NCBI GenBank assembly: GCA_031259085.1
Contig: JAIRMA010000004.1
Span: 41,088-105,087 of the forward strand
DNA length: 64,000 nucleotides
Source: Christensenellaceae bacterium
GTDB lineage: Bacteria > Bacillota > Clostridia > Christensenellales > DTU072
Direction of reading: 5' to 3'
Shown in pieces: positions 1 to 12,078 of the stretch. The translations under genes were made by a program, and so were the position numbers. The notes beneath the pieces were generated by a model. The model saw nothing but the letters and a program-made list of their open reading frames with translations. It was not told where the DNA came from and did not search any database. How positions within the stretch are numbered: the stretch's first letter is position 1; every line of letters starts with the position of its first letter.

Positions 1-1042
1 TTATGCTGGAAACTCATACGAGAAATATTTAGAACGTAAAAAAGGCAATTTTAATCGCGCTGATTGGGCATGGCGATGGAGTAAAGAACTATTTGATTTT
101 GGCCTTCAGAATGGATTCATTGTTGTAAAAAATTATGAGGCTTATTCAAGAATATATACAAAAACTTATCAAAATGTGGCTCTAGAAAAAACAAGCTCTG
201 GGTTTGAAATACTACAAATTGAAAGACGGAAAGCGCTATCATCTTTGGAATTTGTAGATAATCAATACTCAAACGATAATGCAAAGAAAAATTTATTTTC
301 AATATTTAATGTGACGCCATTCGATTATTCAAAGCCCATTGCATTACTAAAGCAACTATTAGCCTTTTCTACTACAAATGATGACATAATTTTAGACTTC
401 TTTTCTGGATCTGCAACGACTGCTCGCGCGATTATGCAGATAAATTCTGACGACGATGGCAATCGCAAATTTATTATGGTGCAGTTGCCAGAACAAACGG
501 AGGAAAGTAGCGAGGCATACAAGGCGGGCTTTAAAAATATCTGTGAGATTGGCAAAGAACGTATTCGTCTGGCTGGTGAAAAAATCAAGGCTAACAACCC
601 GATGCTCATTTCAGACATAGATGTCGGGTTTAAAGTCTTTAAACTGGATTCTAGCAACCTGAAAATTTGGGACAATTCACCTTCGGACAATGAAATGGAA
701 GTCATGAATCGCATACAAGAAAATATCTTCTACCTAGTGAGCGAGCGCAATGATATTGATATGGTGTACGAAATTATGCTCAAATATGGCTTACCAATCA
801 CCTTGCCTGTCAAAGAAATTTCCATCAAAGGCACTACGGGCTATATTGTATCAAATCCTACATATAAAGTATTTATCTGTTTGCAGTCACAAATCACACT
901 GGAATCGGTTGAACAAATGCTACTTGACTATCCAGAGATCGGTACCTTTATCTTTGCAGATAAGTGTTTTACAGATGCTAACGCTCTTATCAACACACAA
1001 AAGATTCTAAAAAAATCAGAACGTAAAATAAGGTTGTTTTAA
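1..1042 (+). CDS. mod: Type III R-M DNA methyltransferase Mod (copy A), 5' end outside window
   Basis: Frame 2 is open from the window edge to TAA at 1040-1042. Track ORF 176-1042 is only its GTG-initiated tail. Contains the AdoMet motif LDFFSGSATTA. The C-terminal part is colinear with the second Mod copy (5252-6484). Followed by res. Confidence 0.85.
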   Translation, partial: YAGNSYEKYLERKKGNFNRADWAWRWSKELFDFGLQNGFIVVKNYEAYSRIYTKTYQNVALEKTSSGFEILQIERRKALSSLEFVDNQYSNDNAKKNLFSIFNVTPFDYSKPIALLKQLLAFSTTNDDIILDFFSGSATTARAIMQINSDDDGNRKFIMVQLPEQTEESSEAYKAGFKNICEIGKERIRLAGEKIKANNPMLISDIDVGFKVFKLDSSNLKIWDNSPSDNEMEVMNRIQENIFYLVSERNDIDMVYEIMLKYGLPITLPVKEISIKGTTGYIVSNPTYKVFICLQSQITLESVEQMLLDYPEIGTFIFADKCFTDANALINTQKILKKSERKIRLF

Positions 1043-1455
1043 TGAAGAATATAACTAGATTTATTGCAAGGATAAAAATGGAAATGTCTGATGTTATTGA
1101 AAAAACCGTGGTTAAAATAATCATTCAAAAACACATCACCTCGCGTTTCAAATGCTTATGGCGCTTGTTTACATGTAGACAGGTTGAATGCCTTAAAAGT
1201 AGTGTCATAGAAAAAGCTTTTAACAACATAAAAAATGAAAATTCTATTTGCTTTTTTAAAATATTCTATGTTGGTGAACTTCTTAAATACACAAATTACG
1301 ATCACGTGGAAAAACTGGATTGCACTTTGGGCAATACTTTTTTCGATAATGAAAATAATGTCTTTGATATAGACAAAAAAATTAGATGTGATTCTATTTA
1401 TGCCACTAAAATCGATTGGGGGGTTACCCCGTATTTTTATGAGGTTACTCTATGA
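1042..1455 (+). CDS. hypothetical 137-aa protein between mod and res
   Basis: The ATG overlaps the mod stop (TAATG at 1040-1044) and its TGA overlaps the res ATG (ATGA at 1452-1455), so it is embedded in the operon. I recognise no motif. Confidence 0.5.
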   Translation: MKNITRFIARIKMEMSDVIEKTVVKIIIQKHITSRFKCLWRLFTCRQVECLKSSVIEKAFNNIKNENSICFFKIFYVGELLKYTNYDHVEKLDCTLGNTFFDNENNVFDIDKKIRCDSIYATKIDWGVTPYFYEVTL

Positions 1456-4379
1456 AACTTAAATTTAAGCACCAGCAATTTCAAGAAGACGCAGTCAGGA
1501 GCGCATGCAATCTGTTTTTGGGCCAAGAAGGAAAACATTTCTGCTTTTCAATGTCCAAATTGCATTTAGAAGATTATATGGGCGGTGACCTTTTGGGCTA
1601 TGGCAATATTCTTAGTTTATCGCAGGATCTGATACAAGCAAATATGCGGGCTGTGCAGAAACGGAATCTTTTACCATTGACCGAGTTTGGCGCTGATCAG
1701 GAGTCCCCATTGCGCTTTAACATCGAAATGGAAACTGGCACTGGCAAAACTTTTGTATATACCAAAACTATTTATGAGTTGAATCGGCTGTATGGATTCT
1801 CAAAATTTGTGATCCTTGTGCCTTCCGTCGCAATTCGCGAAGGCGTGTATAAAAGCTTTCAAGTCACTTACGACTATTTCACCGAGGAATACGACGGCAT
1901 AAAGTTGAACTACTTTATCTACAATTCTAAGCGGCGGCAAGATGTACGCGATTATGCTTTGTCCCCAAATTTAGAGGTTATGATCGTAAATATAGACGCT
2001 ATTAAAAAAGATGAAAATCTCTTTAATCAGGAATCAGACAAAATGGACAAGTCTGCCCGAGAATATCTATCCGAGTGCAATCCTATCGTTATTATTGACG
2101 AGCCACAAAGCGTGGATGGAACAGCAAAAGCGCGCGAGGCAATCAACAAACTATCCCCATTATGCGAGTTGCGTTATTCGGCTACACATAAGGAAAAAGT
2201 TAATACTATTTATCGAATCACACCCGTTGATGCCTATCAAATGGGCATCGTCAAACAAATCTGCGTTGCCAACGACAGCGTAATCGACGATTATAACAAG
2301 CCTTATATAAAATTATTGCAAACTGGCGTCGAAAAAGGCGGCAGAATATTTGCCCGCCTTGAGCTGGATCTTAAGAAAAAAGACGGCCTTGTCAAACGCG
2401 ATACGCTTAGAGTTTTTACAAACGACATTCTAGAATTTAAGACTGGACGCGATATCTATGCTGGTTATCAAGTAACAAGCATTAATGCTACAGAGGGATC
2501 CGAGGAGATCGAATTTGCCAACACCGTGCGCCTTCCTTTGGGTACTACCACAGGATCGATCGACGAACTGTCAATCAAACGCGAACAAATCTGGCGAACC
2601 ATTGAAACACACTTAAATACTGAGTTGCGATTAATTGATAAAGGCATTAAGGTTCTGTCTCTGTTTTTTATCGACGAGGTTGCAAAATATCGCGATCACT
2701 ATAGCGCCGATTCAAAAGGCATTTATGCAAAAATGTTCGAAGCATGCTATGCCGAGCTGATCAACCAACACCGCTTTGCCAAAGTCAAAAGCTTTTTTAA
2801 TCAAGAAGCATGTGAGGTTCATGACGGCTATTTTTCCAAAGATAAAAAAGGTAGGCTAAAAGACACCAAAGGCGATACAACAGATGATTACGATACTTAC
2901 AGCGCAATCATGAAGGACAAGGAAAAGCTTTTATCTTTTGACTTTCCATTGCGCTTTATTTTCTCTCATTCGGCGCTGAAAGAAGGATGGGACAACCCAA
3001 ACGTGTTCCAAATCTGTACCCTGATCGAGAACCGTACTGTATTTACCTGCCGTCAAAGGATCGGTCGTGGGCTCAGGCTTTGCGTTGATCAAACTGGCGA
3101 GCGAATCGATGACAAAAGGATCAACGTACTTAGCGTGATTGCCCGCGAAAGCTTTACCGAATTTGCCAATACCCTGCAAAAAGAAATCGAACAAGAGACG
3201 GGTATCAAATTTGGAATTCTCGACATCGTTATGTTTGTAGGCTTGTCATATAAGGACGAGAATGGAAACAATACGGTGATGACCTATGATGATAGTAATG
3301 AACTGCTAGAAGCCCTGCGTAAGAATAACTATATTGATCACAGTGGCAAAATGAAAAGGGCCTTGAAGGATCACCTTGCAACTGGCTCGGTGAATTTGCC
3401 AGCACGGTTTGAAAAGGTGCGAGAACAGTTGCTTCTCATTATGAGTTCTGCTGACAAAAAGGTGGAGGTTAGACAGTCGCGTGAGCAAATTTTAGTTAAG
3501 CGTAAGGATGATGTTTTTGCCGATCCGAAATTTATGGAAATTTGGAATCGTATCAAATTCAAAACCTATTACCGCGTCAATATCCGAATTGACGAATTCA
3601 TTCACCGCTGTGTGTCGGATATTGAAGCGATGGAAGTAATCCCAAAAGCAAAGATGCTACGCGAAATCGCGAAAATCAATCTCGAAAAATCTGGCGTCTC
3701 GGCTCAAAAAGTTTGGGAGGGGACGAGAAATGTCGAGGTTTCATCCCCGCTACCTGACATTGTGCGCATCTTAGCAGAAAATACTGGTATGCCTCGCTCA
3801 AACATAGGGCGCATTATCTTAGGCAGCAGTCGCATCAAAGACTTTATGAACAACCCGCAAAGATTTATCGAGGAAGTCACGACAATCATCAATTTTCACA
3901 AAAACAATATGGCAATCGAAGGAATTGAGTACACGCGGATCGATGGTCAGGAATATTCGCTTGCTCAACTCTTCGAGCGAAAAGAAGAAACCGATGTGAT
4001 ATCCTACCTCGATAGTGTCATCAAGGTTGAGCATAGCATTTACGACCATATCATTTTTGACGAAAGTAATGTGGAGAAGGATTTTAGCAAAAAACTGGAT
4101 ACTGATCCCGATGTAAAGCTGTTCTTTAAGATCCCAGACAAATTCAAGATATGCACCCCTGTCGGTGCATATAGCCCTGACTGGGCCGTTTATATTGAAA
4201 AGGACGGAGAGCAAAAGCTTTGCTTTATTATTGAAACAAAAGGTAGTCTAGATCGTTCACAGTTAAGGCATATTGAAGATATTAAGATACACTGCGGGAA
4301 GGCGCACTTTCAGAGTCTAAATCAAAACGTTGGTTTTAAACTAGCAAAAGACTGGGAAACATTTAAAAAAAATATCTAG
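1452..4379 (+). CDS. res: Type III restriction enzyme Res subunit (helicase-nuclease)
   Basis: 975 aa. Helicase motif I is METGTGKTFVY and motif II is VIIDEPQS. The C-terminal PD-(D/E)xK-like nuclease motif is SPDWAV...IIETKG. Sits immediately downstream of mod. Confidence 0.9.
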   Translation: MKLKFKHQQFQEDAVRSACNLFLGQEGKHFCFSMSKLHLEDYMGGDLLGYGNILSLSQDLIQANMRAVQKRNLLPLTEFGADQESPLRFNIEMETGTGKTFVYTKTIYELNRLYGFSKFVILVPSVAIREGVYKSFQVTYDYFTEEYDGIKLNYFIYNSKRRQDVRDYALSPNLEVMIVNIDAIKKDENLFNQESDKMDKSAREYLSECNPIVIIDEPQSVDGTAKAREAINKLSPLCELRYSATHKEKVNTIYRITPVDAYQMGIVKQICVANDSVIDDYNKPYIKLLQTGVEKGGRIFARLELDLKKKDGLVKRDTLRVFTNDILEFKTGRDIYAGYQVTSINATEGSEEIEFANTVRLPLGTTTGSIDELSIKREQIWRTIETHLNTELRLIDKGIKVLSLFFIDEVAKYRDHYSADSKGIYAKMFEACYAELINQHRFAKVKSFFNQEACEVHDGYFSKDKKGRLKDTKGDTTDDYDTYSAIMKDKEKLLSFDFPLRFIFSHSALKEGWDNPNVFQICTLIENRTVFTCRQRIGRGLRLCVDQTGERIDDKRINVLSVIARESFTEFANTLQKEIEQETGIKFGILDIVMFVGLSYKDENGNNTVMTYDDSNELLEALRKNNYIDHSGKMKRALKDHLATGSVNLPARFEKVREQLLLIMSSADKKVEVRQSREQILVKRKDDVFADPKFMEIWNRIKFKTYYRVNIRIDEFIHRCVSDIEAMEVIPKAKMLREIAKINLEKSGVSAQKVWEGTRNVEVSSPLPDIVRILAENTGMPRSNIGRIILGSSRIKDFMNNPQRFIEEVTTIINFHKNNMAIEGIEYTRIDGQEYSLAQLFERKEETDVISYLDSVIKVEHSIYDHIIFDESNVEKDFSKKLDTDPDVKLFFKIPDKFKICTPVGAYSPDWAVYIEKDGEQKLCFIIETKGSLDRSQLRHIEDIKIHCGKAHFQSLNQNVGFKLAKDWETFKKNI

Positions 4380-4583
4380 TCGTCCTCAACTCTCAAATAA
4401 TCGACTAACCATTACAAAATGACTATATGTAGTTATTCTGCAATATTACAAACTTTAAGCTACTAGGATATAGACATGAAATGCTGTGCTTTAAACAGTT
4501 GCAAATTTAAGATTTCGGGTTAATCATCTGAGTAGATCATTTTTTAATATATTATAAATCTCGTTTAAATAAGGAAAATAATA

Positions 4584-6484
4584 ATGGATAGAATAGACGG
4601 AAAATCAATGAATATTACAAAATTAAGCATCGCGCAGTTGAAAACACTGTTCCCCGAAGTCGTCCTTGATGGGAAAATAGATTTTGAACGACTGCGCGAG
4701 ATTTTGGGCGCAGAGGTTGAGGATCGAGCTGAGAGTTATACGTGGAATTGGAAGGGTAAACAGGATGCGATCCGACTTATGCGAAAACCGAGCATAGGTA
4801 CTCTACGTCCATGCATTGATGAGAGCAGAAACTGGGATAAGACCGAAAACCTTTACATAGAAGGCGACAATTTGGAGGTCCTTAAGCTTTTACAGTCATC
4901 CTATCTTAACTCAATCAAAATGATTTATATTGACCCACCTTATAACACAGGCAATGATTTTGTGTATGAGGATGATTTTGCGGATAGCTTAAGTCATTAC
5001 AAAGCAGTCACAGGACAGGCCTTAAAGTCAAATTCAGAAACTGCTGGACGCTATCACACTAACTGGCTTAATATGATGTACCCAGATTAAAGCTTGCTAG
5101 AAATTTATTAGAGAAAGAAGGTATCATTTTTATTTCAATAGATGAGAATGAAGTTTTCAACCTGCGAAAGCTTTGTGATGAAATTTTCGGAGAAGAATGT
5201 TTTGTCGCTCAAATTTCGCTACTTTGTAATCCTAAAGGCCGGTCGCAAGATATGTATGTTGCCACATGCCATGAATACATTTTATGTTATTCTAAAAGTA
5301 TTTTGCAAAAAGGCGCAGTATCTATAGAAAAATCACATGAGGAAATAAAAAATGATTATCCGTTTGAAGATAAAAATGGACGTTACCGGGAATTAGAATT
5401 GAGAAATACGCATCGTGAATTTGGACGACATAATAGACCAAATTTGTATTATCCATTTTACGTCGGAGCGAATGGTATAATTTCTTTAAAACGCACTGAA
5501 AATGATATAGAGGTCTATCCCATTTGGGACGATGGCTTTAATGGTTGCTGGACATGGGGACAAGATAATGCTCTTCAAAACATCTATTTGCTTTCTTCTA
5601 AAAAAGTCAATGGGGCGTGGAAAATTTACCGTAAAGCCTATGCAATGCAAGACGGTGAAATCGTAAGAAAACAAGTAAAATCGATTTGGACTGAAAAAGA
5701 ATATTATACAGAAAAAGGACAGTCGACTTTTAATGCCTTATTTAATACTAAAGAAAAAATATTTCAATCTCCTAAATCTGTGGATCTGATTAGAGTTCTT
5801 ATTAAAATGTCACAAGCAAAAGAACGTGACACTATTTTAGACTTCTTTTCTGGTTCTGCGACCACGGCACATGCAGTCATGCAAGTTAATGCAGAAGGCA
5901 GTGACAAACTAAAATTTATTATGGTTCAAATCCCCGAACAGACAGACAAAAGCAGCGAAGCGTATAAGGCGGGATATAAAAATTTTTGTGAAATTGGCAA
6001 AGAACGAATTCGGCGCGCTGGTGAAAAGATCAAGGGAGGCAAACCATTATTCACTACTGATTTAGACATCGGTTTTAAAGTCTTTAAGCTCGATTCAAGC
6101 AATCTTAAGATTTGGGACAATTCTCCGACTATGAACGAAGCGGAAGTTGCAAAGCGCATACAAGAAAGTATCCTCTACTTGTTGAGTGACCGAAATGACA
6201 TTGATATACTATACGAGATTATGCTTAAATTTGGTCTTTTTCTGACCATTCCAGTCGAAGAATTTAGTGTCAACGGCACCACAGTCTACATCATATCGGC
6301 CTATGCCTACAAAGTCATTGTCTGCATACAGCCCATCACGCTAGAATCGGTTGAGCAAATACTGCATGACTTTCCAGAGGTTGGCACCTTTATCTTTGCA
6401 GACAAATGCTTTGCAAACGCAAACGAGCTTATCAACACACAAGAGATCTTAAAAAAAACCGACCGCAAAATGAAGTTGTTTTAG
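4584..6484 (+). pseudogene. mod: second Type III Mod methyltransferase (copy B), interrupted by one frameshift
   Basis: N-terminal ORF 4584-5090 carries motif IV (IYIDPPYNTGNDF) and ends ...NWLNMMYPD*. The expected continuation RLKLARNLLREKGIIFISIDENE... reads from 5084 in another frame and runs without a stop into track ORF 5252-6484 (LDFFSGSATTAHA motif I). The break is at the CCC run 5081-5083 and is consistent with a 1-nt deletion. Confidence 0.8.
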
Positions 6485-6948
6485 TTTTGCACAAAACAAA
6501 TATCTTGATGCGGTTATAAAATAAACTCTAAATTTGCTGTCTGAAAATATGCGAAGTGTTAAAAAGAATATTAGTTATGGAGATTTCATTAGTGGATCAT
6601 TATTTACACTCAATTTGTAGCTATGGCTAATGGAGTAATGCATAAGAAATATTGAAATGCAGTAGTTTATAGGATTCACTAATCGATGTTCATTCTGAAA
6701 AGCAATTAATCCCTACTTGAGTCTCCCAGCTTGTGTTGACAATCCTACACCATTCAAGCAACTTTAAACTAACGAAATCAAAAAAGTATTAAGTCATGAC
6801 ACGTAAAATCACGATGATTCACACACATAGATTTAAATTGTTATTCTACAATGATTTAATAAATGCCATGAGAAAAACTTTGTTCTGGTTGAGATTTGCA
6901 TTTGCCACCTTGTGTTTTATCTAGTTTTAGTGCATATACTATATAAAT

Positions 6949-7770
6949 ATGACTACATCCATTAAGGTTATTTTGGTTATAATCCTCATAATAATCGTCC
7001 TTATTGCATCGTTTGTTGTAGGGGCTTTATATTCCAAACAAATTTTTGCTGATGAATTAACTTATATATTTGAAGAATCTAATAGATCCGTCAAAATAGC
7101 ACACCTTAGTGATTTACATTATCCATTTGATTGTGGCAAGCTTACTGAAATAATTGAATCGATTAATTTGTTTAACCCAGATTATATTTTTTTAACAGGC
7201 GATATTGTGGATGTAAGAGCATCGGCTCTTGATTTTCTTAATCTAACGCCATTTCTTGAAAAACTAGTCACAATCGCTAGTGTGTTTGCTGTAAGCGGTA
7301 ATCACGAAGTAGCAAACGCTCAATTTTACATCTTTAAAGAAACACTTAAGGATACTGGAATTGTGTTTTTAGATAATGAAATTAGTCAGATTCAAATTCG
7401 CGACCAGAATTTTTTAATAGTTGGCCTCGCTGACAATTGTAGCTTTGAAAGTATTGATCTTCAGAATTTGAATTTGTTAACACCATTATTAATTTTATCA
7501 CATCGCCCATTTATATATAATATTCCGTGCTCTGTTAGCGCAAATGCTGTGGTTTTCTCAGGGCATACTCACGGTGGAATTATACGACTTTTTAATAGAG
7601 GTATAGTATCGCCTAATGGTGAACTTTTCCCGAAGTATACTGCTGGATTATATATGTCTAATAGCCAAAAATCTATTTTAATTGTTTCAGCAGGCTTGGG
7701 TATCGGTAATAAGAAACTGCCTCGGTTTTTTAATCGATTTCATCTCCCCCTTGTAAGTTTGATCTATTAA
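6949..7770 (+). CDS. membrane-anchored metallophosphoesterase (calcineurin-like)
   Basis: N-terminal TM helix followed by the motifs DLHY, GDIVD, GNHE and GHTHGG. Confidence 0.8.
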   Translation: MTTSIKVILVIILIIIVLIASFVVGALYSKQIFADELTYIFEESNRSVKIAHLSDLHYPFDCGKLTEIIESINLFNPDYIFLTGDIVDVRASALDFLNLTPFLEKLVTIASVFAVSGNHEVANAQFYIFKETLKDTGIVFLDNEISQIQIRDQNFLIVGLADNCSFESIDLQNLNLLTPLLILSHRPFIYNIPCSVSANAVVFSGHTHGGIIRLFNRGIVSPNGELFPKYTAGLYMSNSQKSILIVSAGLGIGNKKLPRFFNRFHLPLVSLIY

Positions 7771-7848
7771 TATAATATTCTGTGTTTATTGACTCTTGCT
7801 AATATTTATATTTTTTACATTATTAAGTCAAGATCCGTGTCAATTCTC

Positions 7849-7877
7849 TTGAAATTTATACCATTTTATTATATAAT
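7849..7877 (+). promoter_or_regulatory. sigma-70-type promoter for the KH/rimM/trmD/rbgA cluster
   Basis: TTGAAA (7849-7854), 17-nt spacer, TATAAT (7872-7877). GGAG lies at 7894-7897, ahead of the ATG at 7905. Confidence 0.55.
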
Positions 7878-7904
7878 AATTTAAACTTAAAAATGGAGTA
7901 GACT

Positions 7905-8138
7905 ATGCACGAACTTTTAGATTTTCTTTTAAAATACATCCTACCAGAACAGACTTATGAAATAGTAATTCTTGAAGATGGAATGAATAGTGTAATAAAG
8001 ATTTTAACCGCACAAAGCAATGTGGCAAAAATAATCGGGAAAAATGGTCGAATGATAAAAGCATTAAAAACTTTTATTAAGACTGCATCACACAATAACA
8101 ATGTGTCCTATGACCTCCAAATTGAAGAAACTGAATAA
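7905..8138 (+). CDS. KH-domain RNA-binding protein (YlqC-like)
   Basis: 77 aa with the GxxG loop IGKNGRMIKALK. Conserved position upstream of rimM. Confidence 0.75.
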   Translation: MHELLDFLLKYILPEQTYEIVILEDGMNSVIKILTAQSNVAKIIGKNGRMIKALKTFIKTASHNNNVSYDLQIEETE

Positions 8139-8637
8139 TCATCTTTTGGTAGGGAAGATTTTACGTGCTCATGGTATTAAAGGTGAATTAAAAGTATTAC
8201 CGTTAACTAACACACCAGAAGACTTTACTACAATAAAATCAGTTTTTATCGATAATGTAGAATATAAAACGGAAGATATACGTGTTGCAAATACTAATTT
8301 GATTATTAGATTGCTCGATGTAACTACACGAAATGATGCGGAAAAATTTCATGGCAAAGACATTTATGTGGATTCATGTAACCGACCTGTTATAGCTGCT
8401 GATGAATATTTTATTGCAGATTTAGTAGGGATGGAAATTACAGATGGTCTAAACGTCTATGGAACTCTTGAAAGTGTTATAAAGACAGGGGGTGTCGATG
8501 TTTATTGTGTAAATGGAACAAAACACTTAATGTTCCCTGCCCTTAAGACTGTTATTCTAGACATAGATTTTAAAACCTCTAAAATAACAGTGTCATCTGA
8601 TGAACTTGTAAAAGTTGCTGTTTATGATGATATTTGA
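8101..8637 (+). CDS. rimM: 16S rRNA processing protein RimM
   Basis: LLVGKILRAHGIKGELKV N-terminal signature and synteny with trmD. The true start is uncertain (8101, 8110 or TTG near 8122); all candidates overlap the KH gene end. Confidence 0.85.
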   Translation: MCPMTSKLKKLNNHLLVGKILRAHGIKGELKVLPLTNTPEDFTTIKSVFIDNVEYKTEDIRVANTNLIIRLLDVTTRNDAEKFHGKDIYVDSCNRPVIAADEYFIADLVGMEITDGLNVYGTLESVIKTGGVDVYCVNGTKHLMFPALKTVILDIDFKTSKITVSSDELVKVAVYDDI

Positions 8638-9298
8638 TGTATTAACTTTGTTCCCAGAAATATATTCAGTATTGTCCGAAAGCGTATTAGGACGGGCACA
8701 AAATGATAACGCTTTCAAATTGAATGTATATAATCTAAGGGACTATTCAAAGGATAAACATAAAAAATGCGACGACACGCCCTACGGGGGTGGCGTTGGA
8801 ATGGTAATGACCCCACAGCCTTTACATGATGCGATTACTGCAATTGATCCAGAAAGAAAAGCACACAGGATTTATTTATCACCAAAAGGTACTTTGCTAA
8901 ATCAAAGACACGTTATACGCCTATCTAAAATTCAACAAGTGCTTCTCGTTAATGGATATTATGAAGGTCTAGACGAGCGCATAATAGCTTTAGACATCGA
9001 CGAAGAAATCTCTATTGGGGATTATGTTTTAACATCTGGAGACTTCGCGTCATTCGTTTTGATTAGCACTATATCTCGATATTTGCCTGGAGTATTAGGC
9101 AATGCTGATTCAACTATTGATGAGAGTTTTTCTAATGGTCTACTAGAATATCCACAGTATACACGTCCTAGAAACTTTTTAGGACTCAACGTGCCCGAAG
9201 TTTTACTTAGTGGCAATCATAAGAAAATTAGCGATTGGCGTTTAGCACAAAGCAATCAAATAACTCAAATAAGACGCCCCGATCTATTATCCGATTAA
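8624..9298 (+). CDS. trmD: tRNA (guanine37-N1)-methyltransferase TrmD
   Basis: MMIFDVLTLFPE start, YEGLDERI motif and SPKG. The track ORF begins at TTG 8615; ATG 8624 or 8627 is more likely. Confidence 0.9.
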   Translation: MMIFDVLTLFPEIYSVLSESVLGRAQNDNAFKLNVYNLRDYSKDKHKKCDDTPYGGGVGMVMTPQPLHDAITAIDPERKAHRIYLSPKGTLLNQRHVIRLSKIQQVLLVNGYYEGLDERIIALDIDEEISIGDYVLTSGDFASFVLISTISRYLPGVLGNADSTIDESFSNGLLEYPQYTRPRNFLGLNVPEVLLSGNHKKISDWRLAQSNQITQIRRPDLLSD

Positions 9299-9315
9299 TT
9301 TATCAGAGGATTTAA

Positions 9316-10164
9316 ATGCACATACACTGGTTCCCAGGTCACATGACTAAAGCCATTAGAATGATGACAGATGAAATCAAAAACATCGATGGCGTTATTT
9401 ATGTTCTTGATGCTCGTGCGCCTTTATCTTGTATAAATCCTGCATTTGATTCTGTAATAGGTTCTAGGCCTAGATTATACGTAATAAATAAATTTGATTT
9501 AATAGAAAAAACTGCCGTCCAACGCTGGACAGAATATTTTAATAAACTTAAGATGCCTACTGTATTTGCAGATAGTGCACATAAAACAGATGTTATTCAC
9601 GTTAAAAATGGTTTAAAGCTTATTACATCCAAAATTACTGAAAAATATAAAGCTAGGGGGATTGACAAGACCATTCGCGCCATGGTATTGGGCATCCCTA
9701 ATTCTGGGAAATCCACACTCATAAATAGTTTGTCATCAGAAAAAAAAGCGGTAACTGGTAACCGCCCTGGTGTCACACGCGGAAAACAGTGGATTACTAT
9801 TGATAATCACCTTGATCTCCTCGATAGCCCAGGCGTCTTATATCCTGATTTTAGTGATCAAAAGAAAGCAACAAACTTAGCCTTATTAGGTAGCATAAAA
9901 GATGATATCCTAGACGTGACAGAGCTTGCCATTGCAGGCATAACTCTATTAAAAAAAATAGCGCCCTCTAGATTAGTGGAACGTTATAATCTTATAGCCC
10001 TAAATGACGATCCTTTTGTTGTTTTAGAAGAGATTACAAAACAGCGCGGATACCTTCTAAAAGGCAATGTTCTAGACACTGAGCGAGGCGCAACTGCATT
10101 CATTAACGACCTTAGAAAAGGACTTATTGGTAAGTTTGTATTAGACACAATACCCCGTACCTAA
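9316..10164 (+). CDS. rbgA: ribosome biogenesis GTPase A (YlqF/RbgA)
   Basis: HWFPGHM start, circularly permuted GTPase with NKFD before GIPNSGKSTLIN and DSPG. Confidence 0.9.
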   Translation: MHIHWFPGHMTKAIRMMTDEIKNIDGVIYVLDARAPLSCINPAFDSVIGSRPRLYVINKFDLIEKTAVQRWTEYFNKLKMPTVFADSAHKTDVIHVKNGLKLITSKITEKYKARGIDKTIRAMVLGIPNSGKSTLINSLSSEKKAVTGNRPGVTRGKQWITIDNHLDLLDSPGVLYPDFSDQKKATNLALLGSIKDDILDVTELAIAGITLLKKIAPSRLVERYNLIALNDDPFVVLEEITKQRGYLLKGNVLDTERGATAFINDLRKGLIGKFVLDTIPRT

Positions 10165-10228
10165 AAACTTTCGTTTTAACTGTGATTTTTGAGAATATCT
10201 AACAATTACCAATTTTTGCAATAATTAA

Positions 10229-12047
<1,819 letters not shown>

Positions 12048-12078
12048 TTATCACTATTTAATAACTTAACTTATTATA

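Noticed and set aside
325-714. Antisense ORFs inside confidently assigned genes. Examples: 325-714, 3819-4214, 11422-11673, 13909-14313, 14779-15267, 15645-16001, 19631-20182, 26205-26639, 31820-32314, 36023-36367, 53027-53308, 61753-62178.
   Set aside because: They overlap strong motif-bearing CDSs on the opposite strand, have low-complexity or Ser/Ile/Leu-rich translations, and lack SD sequences. These are typical shadow ORFs in AT-rich DNA.
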